The notes beneath the pieces are model-generated. The model saw nothing but the letters and a program-made list of their open reading frames with translations. It searched no databases and was not told the origin of the DNA. DNA of 64,000 nt from the human T2T-CHM13v2.0 reference genome, Homo sapiens, in the NCBI RefSeq assembly GCF_009914755.1, contig NC_060931.1, one strand, 5' to 3'. Both the position numbers and the translations under genes were made by a program. Of the stretch, positions 37,090-50,468 are shown piece by piece. Positions within the stretch are counted from its first letter, which is position 1. Each line of letters begins with the position of its first letter.

Positions 37090-37493
37090 TCTGGGTAAAC
37101 CCAACAACTCTTAAAAGCATAGCTGTTCATGGTCTGCCCCCACCTTAACTCTTCAGCCCCACTTCATGTTATTTCACACAATGGTTCCACTTCTAATCAA
37201 AGACCCCTGAATATGCCATGCTTTTCACAACTCTGCACATGCTAGTCTTTCGATCCACTGGACCTTTTGGCCCAATGCCTTCGCCTGCCTAAAGAATAGC
37301 TAATTCATTTTAAAGATATGCTTCACCCATCTTCTCTTTGAACCCTTTCCAGATTGGCAGATAATTCATATATACTTTCATTGTAACATTTGTCTCTGTA
37401 ATTAATTGTTGAAATGCCTGAACTGCTCACTGGCAGGTAGCATACCTTATCCATCTTAGCATCCTCAGAACCTAGTACCGCACCAGGTACACT
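37090..37493 (+). mobile_element. L2 (L2c-like) 3' fragment
   Basis: CATGGTCTGCCCC...CTCTGCACATGCT...GGCAGG...CCTAGTACCGCACCAGGTAC. Confidence 0.55.
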
Positions 37494-38305
37494 CCTCCTC
37501 TACTTGTACACCTCCATCTTAACTAACCTTACATAGATATTAATTAAATTACTGAACGAGGTAAAATCACATATTCTCTTCCTTCTCCAGAAAATGGTGT
37601 CATCAGTCATGTCACTGGGCAGATTCATCCACTGGCTTATTCCTACTGTAAGAGTGGATATGCTCAGAGCTTTTCAAACACTATTAGAAGGGTTAATAGA
37701 GAAAAATGGTTGTTTGCAACAAAAGCAATAGATGTTTTAACATTTGAAAGCAATGACAAAGTAAAGAAGGTTGAATATGTCTACAGAAAAATCTTTAACA
37801 GTAGGTGCAATTCTGATGAAAAGAGCAGATCATCCATCACATAAAAATTGCCTTGCACATGTGAAGGATAATCATAAGCTGTAGAAGAGGAAAAGTGATT
37901 GGCTAAGTGGGGAGAAACACTAGAGAGTATTACTAAAATATCAGATGCCTCTTAGCCAAATGTTAATTAAGAAGAAGCCTAGAATTTTACCAGAATTTAA
38001 AGGCTGGGGGTGAAAATGTTGCTGACAAACTTTCTATTGCAGACCTCAGATAGTTCAGTAGGTTCAAATCCATTTGAGTCTACACAGGGTCAAAGGGAAC
38101 AGAGTGTTAACATATTAGCCCCTGAGAAGTTCTCTGCAGACATTGGCAGGGATAAATACCTGTCTATAGACAGATTGTCAATAATACGGTAGGTACTGGT
38201 CTAGATTTTGGGAGCGTGAGGAAAGATGCCGCATAGAATGAGTGCTGCAAGTGGAAAACAAGATATAGCCAAATATTTGATTGAACAGATAGGAAGTCTA
38301 GGCTT

Positions 38306-38605
38306 GGCAGGGTGTGGTTGCTCATGCCTGTAATCCCAGCATTTTGAGAGGCTGAGGCAACCACTTGAGTCCAGGGGTTTGAGACCAGCCTGGGCAACAT
38401 GGCGAGACCCCCCATCTCTACAAAAAAATACAAAAAAATAAAAAGAAATTAGCTGGATATTATGGTGCATGCCTGTAGTACCAGCTACTCTGGGGGGTTG
38501 AGGCGGGAGGCTCTTTTGAGCCCGGGAGGTCGAGGCTGCAGTGGGTCCTGATCAAGCCACTACACTGAAGCCTGGGTGACAGAGTGAGACCCTGTCTCAA
38601 AAAAA
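38306..38605 (+). mobile_element. AluJ
   Basis: Dimer with J-type features (CTGGGCAACATGGCGAGACC, GGAGGTCGAGGCTGCAGTG); highly diverged. Confidence 0.93.
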
Positions 38606-40819
38606 TTTTTTAAATGTGCAGGCTCACATTCTTACTTGGGTGGAAATACATCTAAGGAAGCTGAGCATTGGAAACATGTTTGTGCAAGAAAGAATAAAGA
38701 AGGGAATAAAGGGAGGTATAAAAGAAGTCTCTGGCTCAGTGGCAAACTGAGAAAGCATGTTTCAAGAAGAGAGACAATTTGAAAATACTCTTCCATGGTA
38801 ACTCTTAGGAATGAACATTAGGAGGCATGAGAATCCTTATTAAAACTCCACCTCTACGTCCTAGACTCTCCTTTCAATTCCTTTTTTTAGATCGATTTTC
38901 AAATTCTCACCTATTCTTTCAAACCTGAAAAGAGAAAAGAGAAACAGAAACCTAACGGGTCTTTAAGATCATTAGGCTCAACTTCCCTCTATTTCCTGAG
39001 AGCAACTGAAAAACTGGGAACAAGGGCTTTCTCGCCTTGACCAATTCATTCTTAAACCTGGTCACCTGAGGAGATTCTACATCTCTATCTTACTATTTCA
39101 CTTTTTCAATTATACGAATTCTCCCAATTCTCCTAACATTTAACATAAACTACCTCTAATATTCTCCTGTTCTTCTTTATTTATTGGTGTGTAAATGGCC
39201 AAGACTTTTTATGCTCCAATAAATACAATTTAATGGAATCACAAAACCATCTATCATCAGCTAAGCTCTCATAGGCAAAGTATTGTCCACCAAATTTTTA
39301 TAAATCTCCAAACACCCACAACACAATTCTACAGATTTCTCTAATTAGCTGGCATTCACAATTCTATATAATAAGGAATATTTGCGTAAATTAGTTTCTT
39401 GCTGTTTTTCTTTTCCTACAAGACTACTGTTAACCTCTCTCTTCGTAGGTTATGACTTTGGGGATGATTGTCATTCCTACTGCTCTATGCCTCCCAGACT
39501 CTTCTTAGTAAACACCCCCAGTAAAATCTGTGCAGGAACCATGCTTTGCACTATGCATGTGTTTTATTTTGTTGACAAATAGTTCAAAATAGCAACCTAT
39601 TTGTAAACACCACCTTTCTGGATCTGCTATCACTCCATATCATAATCCAGTATTTTTTACTGTAAGAGCTTTCATCTCCATGAAGAATCTGGAATGTCTA
39701 ATTGACATCTGATAGCTTTATTTGTAAAACGATTTATAAAAGATTAAGTGATTGCTTTTCCACTATTATGGAAAATATCAACAGCCATAATGATTCCATT
39801 TGAGTTATATTTCACTAGTTTATCTAAAACCATTGTGTAAGAATATTTTGTTTCTTTCAGTTTCTTCTTTCCTTATTTCTCCTTTCTGACTATTCAAACC
39901 ACTGTTTTCAAAACTATTTTTACTTCCACTATATAAGTTAGTAGTATTTCTGAAAATTTCACTATGCTACAAATTTGTACCTTATTTAAATGTCTTGTAA
40001 TTATTTTGGGCTATCTAGAACTTACAACAAACCTTATGCCGCAGTCGTTAAAATTAAACTGACTTTTAAGAAACATTTTTCAGCTTGTTTCATTTTTGAC
40101 ATGAGCTCCAAGTTTCAGTTCAACAAAATGTACTACATTGAACTATTCTACTGTTTTGGAATAAAATTGAAAACTTAAAAAAAAAGTAATAATAACCCAA
40201 ACCAAGGAAATAGACATGAAAATTATATGTATTCCATTTGTTTTAGAGCTAAAAAAAAAAGTTTAAAAAAACTTCTTAAAAGGAGATCTTAAAGTTTAGC
40301 CTACTTAAAGTAGCTTCCATCCAAAAGTAAAATATTTAACATAAATTTAAAAGATACTTGCAAGTGCACTGCTACACTCAGATTCATCTAAAATAGAAGT
40401 GAAGCAGAATTGTCCGAATAATGCTGATAATAAACTGCGTACCATTTCACTTTGCTGTGCTGACACACTTTCTGAATACGAAAGAATCATGAAGGTTATT
40501 TTACACTCTTATAGTTAAATGAAGTTTCTTATAAACTATCCAAAATGAATTTGAAATTACCTCAGGTTTCTCCTTCCCTTAAAATGCATATTCCCAGTGA
40601 AATATTCTAAGACAATATTGAAAGTATGGAGTTATAACTTATATAAATATATATGAAATTATATCTATTGTAATTTATATAAGCAAATGTATATATACAG
40701 CATATATATATGTATGTACATGTGTATAAATATCTTCATATGTATCTTAATCTTAAAGTTTCTACTACAACTATTTTGATTATTACAATTGAAAACTATT
40801 ACTTTAAAAAAGTAATTGC

Positions 40820-41074
40820 TGGGAGGCCAAGGCAGGCAGATCATGAGGTCAGGAGTTCAAGACAAGCCTGGCCAACATGGTGAAACTGCGTCTCTACTAA
40901 AGATACAAAAAAAAAAAATTAGCCAGGTGTGGTGGCGCATGCCTGTAATCCCAGCTACTTGGAAGGCTGAGGCAGGAGAATCACTTCAACCCGGGAGGCA
41001 GACGTTGCAGTGAGCAGAGATCACGCCATTGCACTCCAGCCTGGGTGACAGGGTGAGACTCCATCTCAAAAAAA
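40820..41074 (+). mobile_element. 5'-truncated AluS (Sg-like)
   Basis: Starts at TGGGAGGCCAAGG; GATCATGAGGTCAGGAGTTC; short A tail. Confidence 0.92.
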
Positions 41075-43270
41075 GGTTGTTGCATTGGGATACTTGACAT
41101 CTTCTACACAAGCTATTTAGATCCACATCTACATAAAAATAGGAATTAATTTTTAGTCCTGGAATAAGAATATATGCTAATATACTATCTGGTACTATTT
41201 TGCTATAAATAGAGCTCATATTTTCTTACCTTTAAAGCCAATAAAATAGATATTGCTCAAATGTAAACAAAAATTAATATTTACTCATAAAATAACATAT
41301 ATAAGAGGCAACAAAATGTTAAATCATGTTCCAATTTAGTAAATATCTGAAAATATTAAACTTGAAAAATAAATAACTTTGGTTACCATGAACTAAAACA
41401 GTGATTTCCACATCTTGGTTGAAATAAGACATTAATAGAGTTTCAGACATATTTTCCCCAAATAATAGCAAATCACAACTTGACTACTCAGATATCCTGA
41501 TACCTAGTTATCATAAAAGATGAAATTATAATTATAAGCAAGCCACACATATCAAAATAAAACAAGTATTGATTAGTTTGTCTTCCTAGTTTGTTTAAAG
41601 TACAGAAAATTAACCTGCCGGTTTAGTTACCTACCAGCAATGAGTGGATTTTATCAGTGTTGTCATCTCTACAAACAGCACCAAATTATAATCCCTCTTC
41701 CCATAACATATGCACCATGCCAGAAGGGACAACCAAAGTAAACGATCTAGCCGTGAGTAATGAATACTTTGGGCTGGTTGGAATCCAGTTAGTTGAGGAA
41801 AGAGAAAAGAGAAGTGGCTCATTAGGGCATTTCCTGAACCCTGGTTGGAATTTCAGTTAAGGAAGAAGAAATGACACAGCAGTTTCAAGTTAAGACGACT
41901 TCCTTTCTTTATCTGAAATATGCCACTAATTTGAGAAAGAGCACTCCTAGAAAACTACTCCACAATACTGTGGCCACAGTAAAAGCTCTTGTTGGTCCCA
42001 TTGTGGCTCCATAATTAACAATTCTTACCAGAATATACACAAGCAGTACATGGTTGTTATCATAATGGACTGAGATCCTACATTTATTGCAACATGTTAT
42101 GTTTCACAATGAACATTTCTTCAACAAATTGACCTGCATCATTTTTTTTTCAATTTTAGGAATTGCACATTTCTTTAGAGCATTAATAGATTTTGAGTTT
42201 TTAAGGCCATTGCATTTTCCATATTTTCTATAATTACATTTTTCTTACATATGATTTTACTCCTAAAGTGACCCCAGGATAATTTTTATCTTGTCCAAGA
42301 ATATTTTATCTTCCCATGTAGATTAAAAATACACAGTTCAGCTTATGAGATTTCTTTGTCTTATAATTATTATTTACATCCCAATTTCATTTGTATTTTT
42401 AAGGGACATGAATATAGGATACTCATGCCTTTACCAATGTGATAAAAGAGGTCTCATTTCATGTGTTAGGTATCTCAGGAACTTAAAATGGAAAGGTACA
42501 ACTTTGTTCCCACCCTGTAATTCACACTGTGAAAATCTGAATTCATTCTTGTAACAGTTACATGACTTTCTTGTCTTACCTATATTTTAAAAAATATATG
42601 CAAAGCAAGGCATTTATGCAAGCTACTGAAGTTTAATGTGAAGGTTACATTCAGATTTCTCTTGCCTTTGTGATCTAAAAATTGTGCAATTAAATTGACA
42701 TTTGTGTTTGTCAAGAAGTGGAGATTATATGAAAATATTTCAGCACTATATCTTCTGTAAGAACTTCAAAGCTATTAAGTAAAAAAATTGTTCTGTCACT
42801 ATCAATAGCACATTTTTGAGTCACCTTACCTTTTCTGGTTGTTTTATCATACATCTAAATCTCCTAAGGTGAATGGAAATAGTAAATAATTAAGTGTAAA
42901 ATCAATTTATTTAGGTTAGTATTAGAAATAAACAACATTGATATTAGAAACATTGTGAGAAAAGAAAATATTTGGGATTTTAACTCATTAGAAAATACTT
43001 TAGATTGAATTAGAGTTTAATACATTTGTATGATACAACATGTTTAACATATTTAATGTATTTGTATGAAATACATTTGCGAGCTTCAGAAGGTAAATTT
43101 TAAAGCTGTATTACTATGTGGGCTTCAAAAGTTGGAAACATGCACATAGATACATATTCACACCTGAAAGAATAAGCATCTATTTGTTAATATCAGTTAT
43201 TTCTTAATGGTGGCATAATCGGGTAGTTACTTTTTTTACATTTTTATCTATTGCTTCTATATTTTATATA

Positions 43271-43850
43271 AAGTGTGGCAATTCCTCTATCTAAAACCAG
43301 AAATACCATTCAACCTGGCAATCCCATTACTAGGTATATGCCCAAAGGAATATAAATCAATCTATTATAAAGACACATGCACACGTATGTTCACTGCAGC
43401 ACTATTCACGGAGGAAAGACATGGAATCAACCTAAATGCCCATCAATGGTAGACTGGATAAAGAAAATGTGGTACATATACATCACAGAATACTATACAG
43501 TCATAAAAAAGAATGAGATCATGTCCTTTGCAGGAACATGGATGGAGCTGGAGGCCATTATCCTTAGGAAATTAATGCAGGAACAGAAAACCAAATATTG
43601 CATCTTCTCTCTTATAAGTGGGAGCTAAATGATGAGAACACAAGGACACATAGAGGGGAACAACACACACTGGGGCCTATCAGAGGGTGGAAGGCTGGAG
43701 GAGTGAGAGGATCAGGAAAAATAATTAATGGGCACTAGGCTTAATATCTGGGTGACAAAATAATCTGTACAGCAAACCCCCATGACACAAGTTTACCTAT
43801 GTAACAAACCTGCACATGTATCACTGAACTTAAAATAATAGTTAAAAATT
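43271..43850 (+). mobile_element. 5'-truncated L1PA15-like 3' end, probably inserted in an older L1ME 3' fragment
   Basis: ORF2 C-terminus (WNQPKCPSMVDWIKKMWY); 3'UTR GAGAGGATCAGGAAAAATAA...ACCCCCATGACACAAGTTTACC. Confidence 0.88.
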
Positions 43851-44269
43851 TTTAAAAATCATGCATGTCGTTTCTAATAAAATATAGTTTTCATTTCAAA
43901 AATAGTTTATAAACCAAACTTTTAGTATAGTATACTACTTGCCACAAAATAATTTTACCACAAATTATCTGCTCCCTTATGACAAGAATGAGGGAGATCT
44001 TATAAATAACTGATATAATTTAAATCTTACCTTCTGTCTTTACCTGATTGATGTTTACAGACTCCCTGCAAGATGCATTTCAGTTAATTAATCACGTGAC
44101 AAAGAAAAGGGCAAGACATCTTCTCATGATTCATCAAAAAAAAAAAAAATCTTTGTTTCTGAGGATGTATCCTCACTCCTCGCATTTAAATGGTCAAGTT
44201 CTGGCCATTCTATGCCTGAAATTCTTCTCACAAAGAAGAAATGTGTCAAAGTGCTTGGCTGCAGGAATT

Positions 44270-44490
44270 TGGTTAAGAGTCAGACTGATTTGGTCTCAAC
44301 TCCCAGCTCTACCTCTTTCTAGCTATGGCACCTTGGTTAAAATACTTCACTTCTCTTTGCCTCAGTCTCCTCAACTGTAAAACAGAGAAACTAATAGTAC
44401 CTAGAGCAGGGCTAGTATGAGGATTAAATAAATAATAGAAGTAAATTGTTTAAATAATGCCAGGCATGTAATAAATGCCATGTGAGTTTT
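44270..44490 (+). mobile_element. MIR
   Basis: TCCCAGCTCTACC...TGCCTCAGTCTCCTCAACTGTAAAA...TGAGGATTAAAT. Confidence 0.85.
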
Positions 44491-44529
44491 ACCCATTTTC
44501 TTCCTTTTTTCAGTTGCCTCTGTCAATTT

Positions 44530-46138
44530 CTTTATTCCTGCCATTCTCCATCCTCCATGTCTATCCACTCCCTGTACCAGTACCCAAATACTCCCATTTG
44601 TTATCATAGATGAATTATATGTCATCTTATGCAGAGAATAGCTCTCTCCATTTATACCAGATCCCATCCCTCCCACTACCCAAGACCACCACCTAGCAAT
44701 GCCCTCCTCTCACCTGTAATCTACAGTGCCAAACATTGACTCAACCAGATCATTCCTTTTAGAATACAAGCAAGTGTTCTTTCTCCCACCTAAAGGAAAA
44801 CAAATAATCTTCTCTGAACCCTACTTCTCCCACCAGATGTTACTCCATTTCTTTGTGCCCTTTTTGAAAAACTCAAAAGAGCTATCAATACTCACTGTCT
44901 TCAATTCCTCTTTTCCCATTCTTTCTTAAGCTCCTTCCAGTAAGGCTTTGTGCTCCACCAGAGCACCATAACTGACCTTGTCAGGACTAGCAATGACCTC
45001 TGTCTTGCCAATCAAATGGTCAGTTCTCACTTCCAACTTACTTTCCCTATCAGCAGTGAATGCGTGATCATTCTCTTTGCCTTTAATGCCCTTTTTATGG
45101 GTTTTCAGGACACTACAGACTCAAATTTTCACCTATATCACTGAGTATTTCTTCTCAGTCTCCTTTGCTGTTTCCTCTCTTCTCTATAGTGAAATGTCCT
45201 AAGTCTCAGCCTGTTCTTTCCCCTACCCTAGCTATATTCATTACCTTGGCTATATCATGTACTTTCATGACTTTATATCATCTATATGCTAATGACTCTC
45301 ATGGTCATACTTCCAGGCCTGATATCTCTCTTGAATTCCATACTCATATATCCAACAACCTACTCTATGTTTGCATTTTCCTGTGTTACAGACAACCAAA
45401 ATCTTCTCTTCCAACCATGCACCACTTGCAGCCTTCCCCAACTAGATTAACACCATCTTCATCCCTCCAGCTCACTCCTCTCTTTCTCTATACCCTTCAA
45501 CGTGTCCATCAGTAACTCCTGTGAGCTCACCTTCAAACCCACCTGGAATTTATCTGCCTCATCCAACTTCCATTGCTATTATCTGAGTCAAAGCTAACCT
45601 CATCTCTCACCTGGATTGCCGCAAAGACCTTACACCTGCTCTCCCTCCTTCTATCTGTTACACACACACTAACACGCACAGGCATGCATACACACACACA
45701 CACACACACACACACAGCAACCAGAGTGGTTCTCTTAAAACTCAAAGCTGATCATGTAGCTTTTCTATTCAAAACTTTGTCAAAGCATTCCTCATACTCA
45801 GAGGAAGAACTTAAGTCATTCCAATTCCTTAAAATGGTGTCTAAGGTCCTAGGCCTACACACCTCCTTTAACTCTTTGTGGAATATCAACTTCTGAATGA
45901 AGTTTTTCCTGACTTGTCTGAAATTCCACCATTCTCTTGTCTCCCCCATCTTCCCCCACTGAAACTGTTTATTCTCCTTACCCTACTCTGCTTGTCCTTT
46001 TTTCCATAGACCCCATGACCTACCAGGTTTTCTGTTTAATTTCAATCATTCATTGGAAAGACAGCTTCACGAAGACCAGGATCCCCATCTCCTTGCTGAT
46101 GGACATATCCTAAGCACTAATCACTAAATGATTAAATG
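44530..46138 (+). mobile_element. L2a-like 3' ~1.6 kb
   Basis: TATGCTAATGACTC (YAND motif), TCTCTCACCTGGATT, CAACCAGAGTG, L2 3' terminus. Confidence 0.8.
45686..45716. repeat. (CA)n microsatellite
   Basis: Direct reading. Confidence 0.9.
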
Positions 46139-46454
46139 TGTGATTTTTCTAAATTTTATTCCCTTTATTTATAATCATAAAAAAATTCCCTACTGCCTAA
46201 ATTTTGACTCCAAATTCTCTAGGATCACTCATAAATGTCTTCTCAACTAAATCTGAGTCTGAATCTCAAGCTTTACCATAATACATTCTCACTTTCTTTA
46301 GGTTACAATGTCCCCCTGCAGGACGCTCCTCTCTTCAAAGTCCAGATCATACGTGACCTCCTGTCTGTACTTTCCTTGAAAGATACAGAATTAAGGGCTC
46401 TTGTGTGTATGTGTATGAACTGAGGACACTTTACACATATTTCTTTTATAAGCA

Positions 46455-47085
46455 TTAATGTTAACATTTTTATTCTCTTCAAATGTTGCAAAGTCAATAT
46501 AATATCCACCAAAATTATAGTTTTATTCCATTGGGTACATTTGTTAATATTTACCAAGAAGAATAAATGAAAAAGCATAGCCAAAATATTTTGAAAATTA
46601 AAAAAGTAAAGAAGGATTTGAAAAATGAAATATTAAACACACGATAAGACTATGCTAATTAAAACAGCTTACTACTAATATATAATAGACAGAAAGTGAA
46701 AACCTTCTGCATTTTTAGAAATTTAGCACATTGTTGAAGGTTGTATTTCACATCAGAATGAAATAAATATATTTCTTAATAAACACTTTTAGGACAAATA
46801 TCTAATAATTTGTTGAGAGAGAGAGAGAAAGAGAATGGAAAAGAGAAAGATCCGTACCTCTGATTACCAAGAATTTAATTTCAAATACCTTAAAGATTTA
46901 AACATAAAAATTTTTAAATGTGGCTCAGAAAAATATGTGACTACTTTGTAATCCACACAGTGGAGAAAAAAAATCACTAAATACAAATTTTGGCCACATA
47001 AATATTAAATCTCTAAGAAAATAATTATTTTTAAATTTCACAAAACCAAAACTGGGAAAATATTTTTCCATATGTTAAAAACATA
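46455..47085 (+). mobile_element. Very degenerate L1ME-type ORF2 fragment
   Basis: ATAGCCAAAATATTTTGAAAA, TAATTAAAACAG, TTAAAGATTTAAACATAAAA, ACTGGGAAAATATTT in L1 ORF2 order. Confidence 0.6.
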
Positions 47086-47249
47086 TAATATATAGATAAT
47101 TGTTATACTGTATTGTCGATTATTTTGCCTCATTTGTCTTCTATCCTGAAAATGTGCTTATTTTGGAATTGGACCATAACATTTTCTTCTTTGTGTTATA
47201 GTTCTGTCTTAGTTTTATCACACTGAAAATTGTGTAAAATGCATGCCTC

Positions 47250-47510
47250 AGATGTTTCCCAGGCAGAGAGGAAAAGAGCTAGGGTATTTACACTCTCCAG
47301 TACTTGTCAGTCACTGGTTTCAGGCTGCCTTCACGAACACATTAATTTCCAGGCACATGCTTCCCAAGTTGCAAATGGGCAAAGTAGTTCATATCATGCA
47401 GAAAGCAGCTCTCTGACAAAACTTAAAAGTGCTAGCTTTCTGAAACAAGCTGTCATTCACTGAAATGATATAGGGGATATGACAATATAGACCAAATACC
47501 ATCAGCATGT
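47250..47510 (-). mobile_element. LTR33-like ERVL LTR fragment
   Basis: GAGCTAGGGTATTTACAC...GTCAGTCACTGGTT..GGCTGC (reverse of the TATA region). Confidence 0.55.
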
Positions 47511-49765
47511 GAATTGGTCTTGTCACATAGTAGAGAGTATATATTAAACACTATGCCTTAATGTTCTTTACATTAGTGTTCCCATCAAAACTAATGCTGT
47601 AATTATTTATTCATTAATTAATAAGCTTCCATTAAATACCTGCCATCTGTCAGGCAGTAGGTATACAAAGCTAAACACTCCTAGCCTTTACCCTCAAGGA
47701 GTTTAAAATCTAATCAATTTTTAAAGATAAATTACCCATGGTTTAAATTAATCCATAATAAAAAAAGTAATTTAATGGGATAATATATAAAGTAGAAAAC
47801 AAAAACTGGTATCAGGAATAAAAGAATTGTTTTCCTTATATCTGACTTTTGGCCAGGCCCAGGATGTTGGAATGAGAAATACCATGAAAGTAGAGGTTGT
47901 CTTGGTTTCCAAAGTCAAACATAAGTTGGCCACTAAGGCAACAGTTGATAATAGATAACATTTAAGTTTAAAATATTAGCAAATAATGCAGAAACAAATG
48001 TTATTTGCCAAATGGCAGCTAACGCACTTTTGGAAATGGACTCAGAAAGTCGTTCTGCAAGTAAATAAATAGTAGAGGAGAAGATCTCATATTAGTCCTT
48101 CAAAAAAGAAAGAATAATTTATTGTTACATTAGATTGCTTTTACAGAAGTCTCAAAAATAAAAGGCTACTGGTACAAATCTTTTTAACGGCAATTGATTT
48201 TGTGCACGGGATGTTGAGGGTCTTTATGCCTACAACAATGTCTTTTCTGTTAGCAACAAGTGGGCCAGTTAAAGGCAATCATTATTTATGAAAACTTCTA
48301 ATCTGTTAAATCTGAAGAAACTTAGCTTCCCTCCTAAAAATCTAAGGCAAAGGAAAATATCTATGTCTCCTAAGAAATTTAGAAATAAAGTCCAAAATCA
48401 GTATCATATAGAAAACGAAATCAGACATGGGTGCATAGAACTGGATTTTTTATGCTACTCATTGATCAGAATTGTACCTTTAGAGTTGTTAATATTATAA
48501 TTGAGTCTCTTGGCAAATAATTGGCATTAATTATTCAAAAGTCAGATTTTATTACCAGTTTGAGAAATGCGGAAGAAATTAGGAAGTGAAAGTTTCCTAC
48601 TTTTATGCAATAATACCAGATTTTGCCTGTATAACACTTTAAGACAAACATTAAATGTCAAATTTGGCCTTGGCTTCCAATAGCATTTAATAACTACAAA
48701 TTATCTAAAATATAGGAGTTCATCCCTCTAAAAGACTAAAATTGAAACTTACCAAGATTTTTACTATTTCATTAGCATACTAGTAAGCATAATATTAGTA
48801 AACTTTTGAAATATCTTTAAAACTGCATGAGGTTTTACTCTACCAAAGTTATTATGTCCTTAACAAGAAGCATGTCAGGCAAAAGTGTGGAGGAACACAT
48901 TTAAAATGTGCATATCACTATACAATTGCAAAAGCAGTACTTTTTCACTGCTAAAACGCATTTCATCTATCTCGATGAGCTTCAGAAACATCAACTCATC
49001 AATATCTCACCAGTCAGCAGAAGTACATCTACTTATCATTGCTCTTTGAGAAATGGGTAAAATCAATCAAAAGAATCATATGACTTTCCCAAGTTTTCTG
49101 TCCCCTGCAAATCAGTTTATAAGAACAAGGAGTTTCTAGAAACCTTTAAGGCATTAATGTAATTTAATTCTTCTATAATACCAAGGACTAAAATTTCTCT
49201 AGAGCTTATATTTAATCTTGGCATACACTAGAGTATTAAACAAAGAACCAGTCCATCTAAAAATTTTGAAGTAGGCAAAACTTGTCTTTAACATGCAATC
49301 TCTGTGTCCTTTTCCCTTTTGCCAGACAGGTGCCATGATCCCTTATCATTTCCCCATTTTTGCCACTACCTAAAACTATTTTTAGAAAACATTCTAATTC
49401 ATTACATACCTTACTCACTAAGGCATAAACGACTGATAAGACTTAAAATATTCTCCTTCCCAAAGGCATTTGCATTTGGAAGATAATGTATCCTGAAGGT
49501 AAAGAAGGAAAGATGTATTTAAAATTGGGAAAGGAAGATTATGTATGAAATTTCAAAAATCAAAAATATTTCATGGAGGCTACCATCTCATGTTAGCATG
49601 CTATATTCAAACTAGAGAGCATAAAAGAGATGAAAGTAAAGCTTCTTCCTTTGTAATGTTAGAATGTTCCCAATGAGATGGCATGTCTCATGATTGACAT
49701 TGTAGCTTCCTAGAGATTAGAGAAATTACAAGTCTTCTAGAGCCTGCCAAAGTTGTACCATTCCT

Positions 49766-50150
49766 CTCTATCAGGGTAGGATAGGATATGCTGGTGTAAC
49801 AAACAACTCCATATAAACATATAGTGTTAAAAACAAAATGTTACTTCATTCTCTACGTGTCCAAAGTAGATTAGTGGGGAAGTTATTTTCCTCATAGTTA
49901 CTCAAGGACACAGGATAATGGAGGCTCCATCTCCAAATATGCTTTCAGCACTACTGAGAGACGAAACGGGATGTGGAAAACCATATACAGATTTTTAAAG
50001 GTCCTGCAGGAAGTGACATTCATCACTTCTATCCATCATTCATTGGCCAAAGCAGTCCATGGTTATGCCTCCTTCAAAGGAAATTAACCTGCAACCCAAT
50101 TATATGCTAAGTGAGGACTAGAATATGTTATAGGACAAATGACTATGACA
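49766..50150 (-). mobile_element. MLT1I/J-like solo LTR
   Basis: TATCAGGGTAGGATAGGATATGCTG..GTAACAAACAAC; GGAAGTGACA; TTCATTGGCCAAAGCA. Confidence 0.8.
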
Positions 50151-50420
50151 TTCTGCTAAATATCTTTAACATATCAACTTTTCCCAGGAAATCACTGTTA
50201 ATAAAAGTTAGTTTTTCTATAATGTCATATAAGAAATAAATTCAGTCCATCAAATAATAAGCTGTAAACTGTATCCTTAACCATTTTACTATAAGTACAA
50301 ATAAGAAGAAGAGAAAAAAGAGAAAAATTATAGGAAGAAAGGAGGGAGTAGGCAGATAGTTGAAGATGATAATAACTTTGATAACCATGATTTGGGGATA
50401 AAAACTAAAACAAAAGAAAA

Positions 50421-50423
<3 letters not shown>

Positions 50424-50452
<29 letters not shown>

Positions 50453-50468
50453 CTGTGTGTGTGTGTGT
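50424..50468. repeat. (TG)n microsatellite, one interruption
   Basis: Direct reading. Confidence 0.95.

Noticed and set aside
41631-41810. Minus-strand 143-nt exon candidate with PKVFITHG (UGT-like) peptide and a U12-like branch site
   Set aside because: The peptide is followed immediately by a stop, no other UGT sequence is present, all three frames contain a stop, and no credible U12 donor was found
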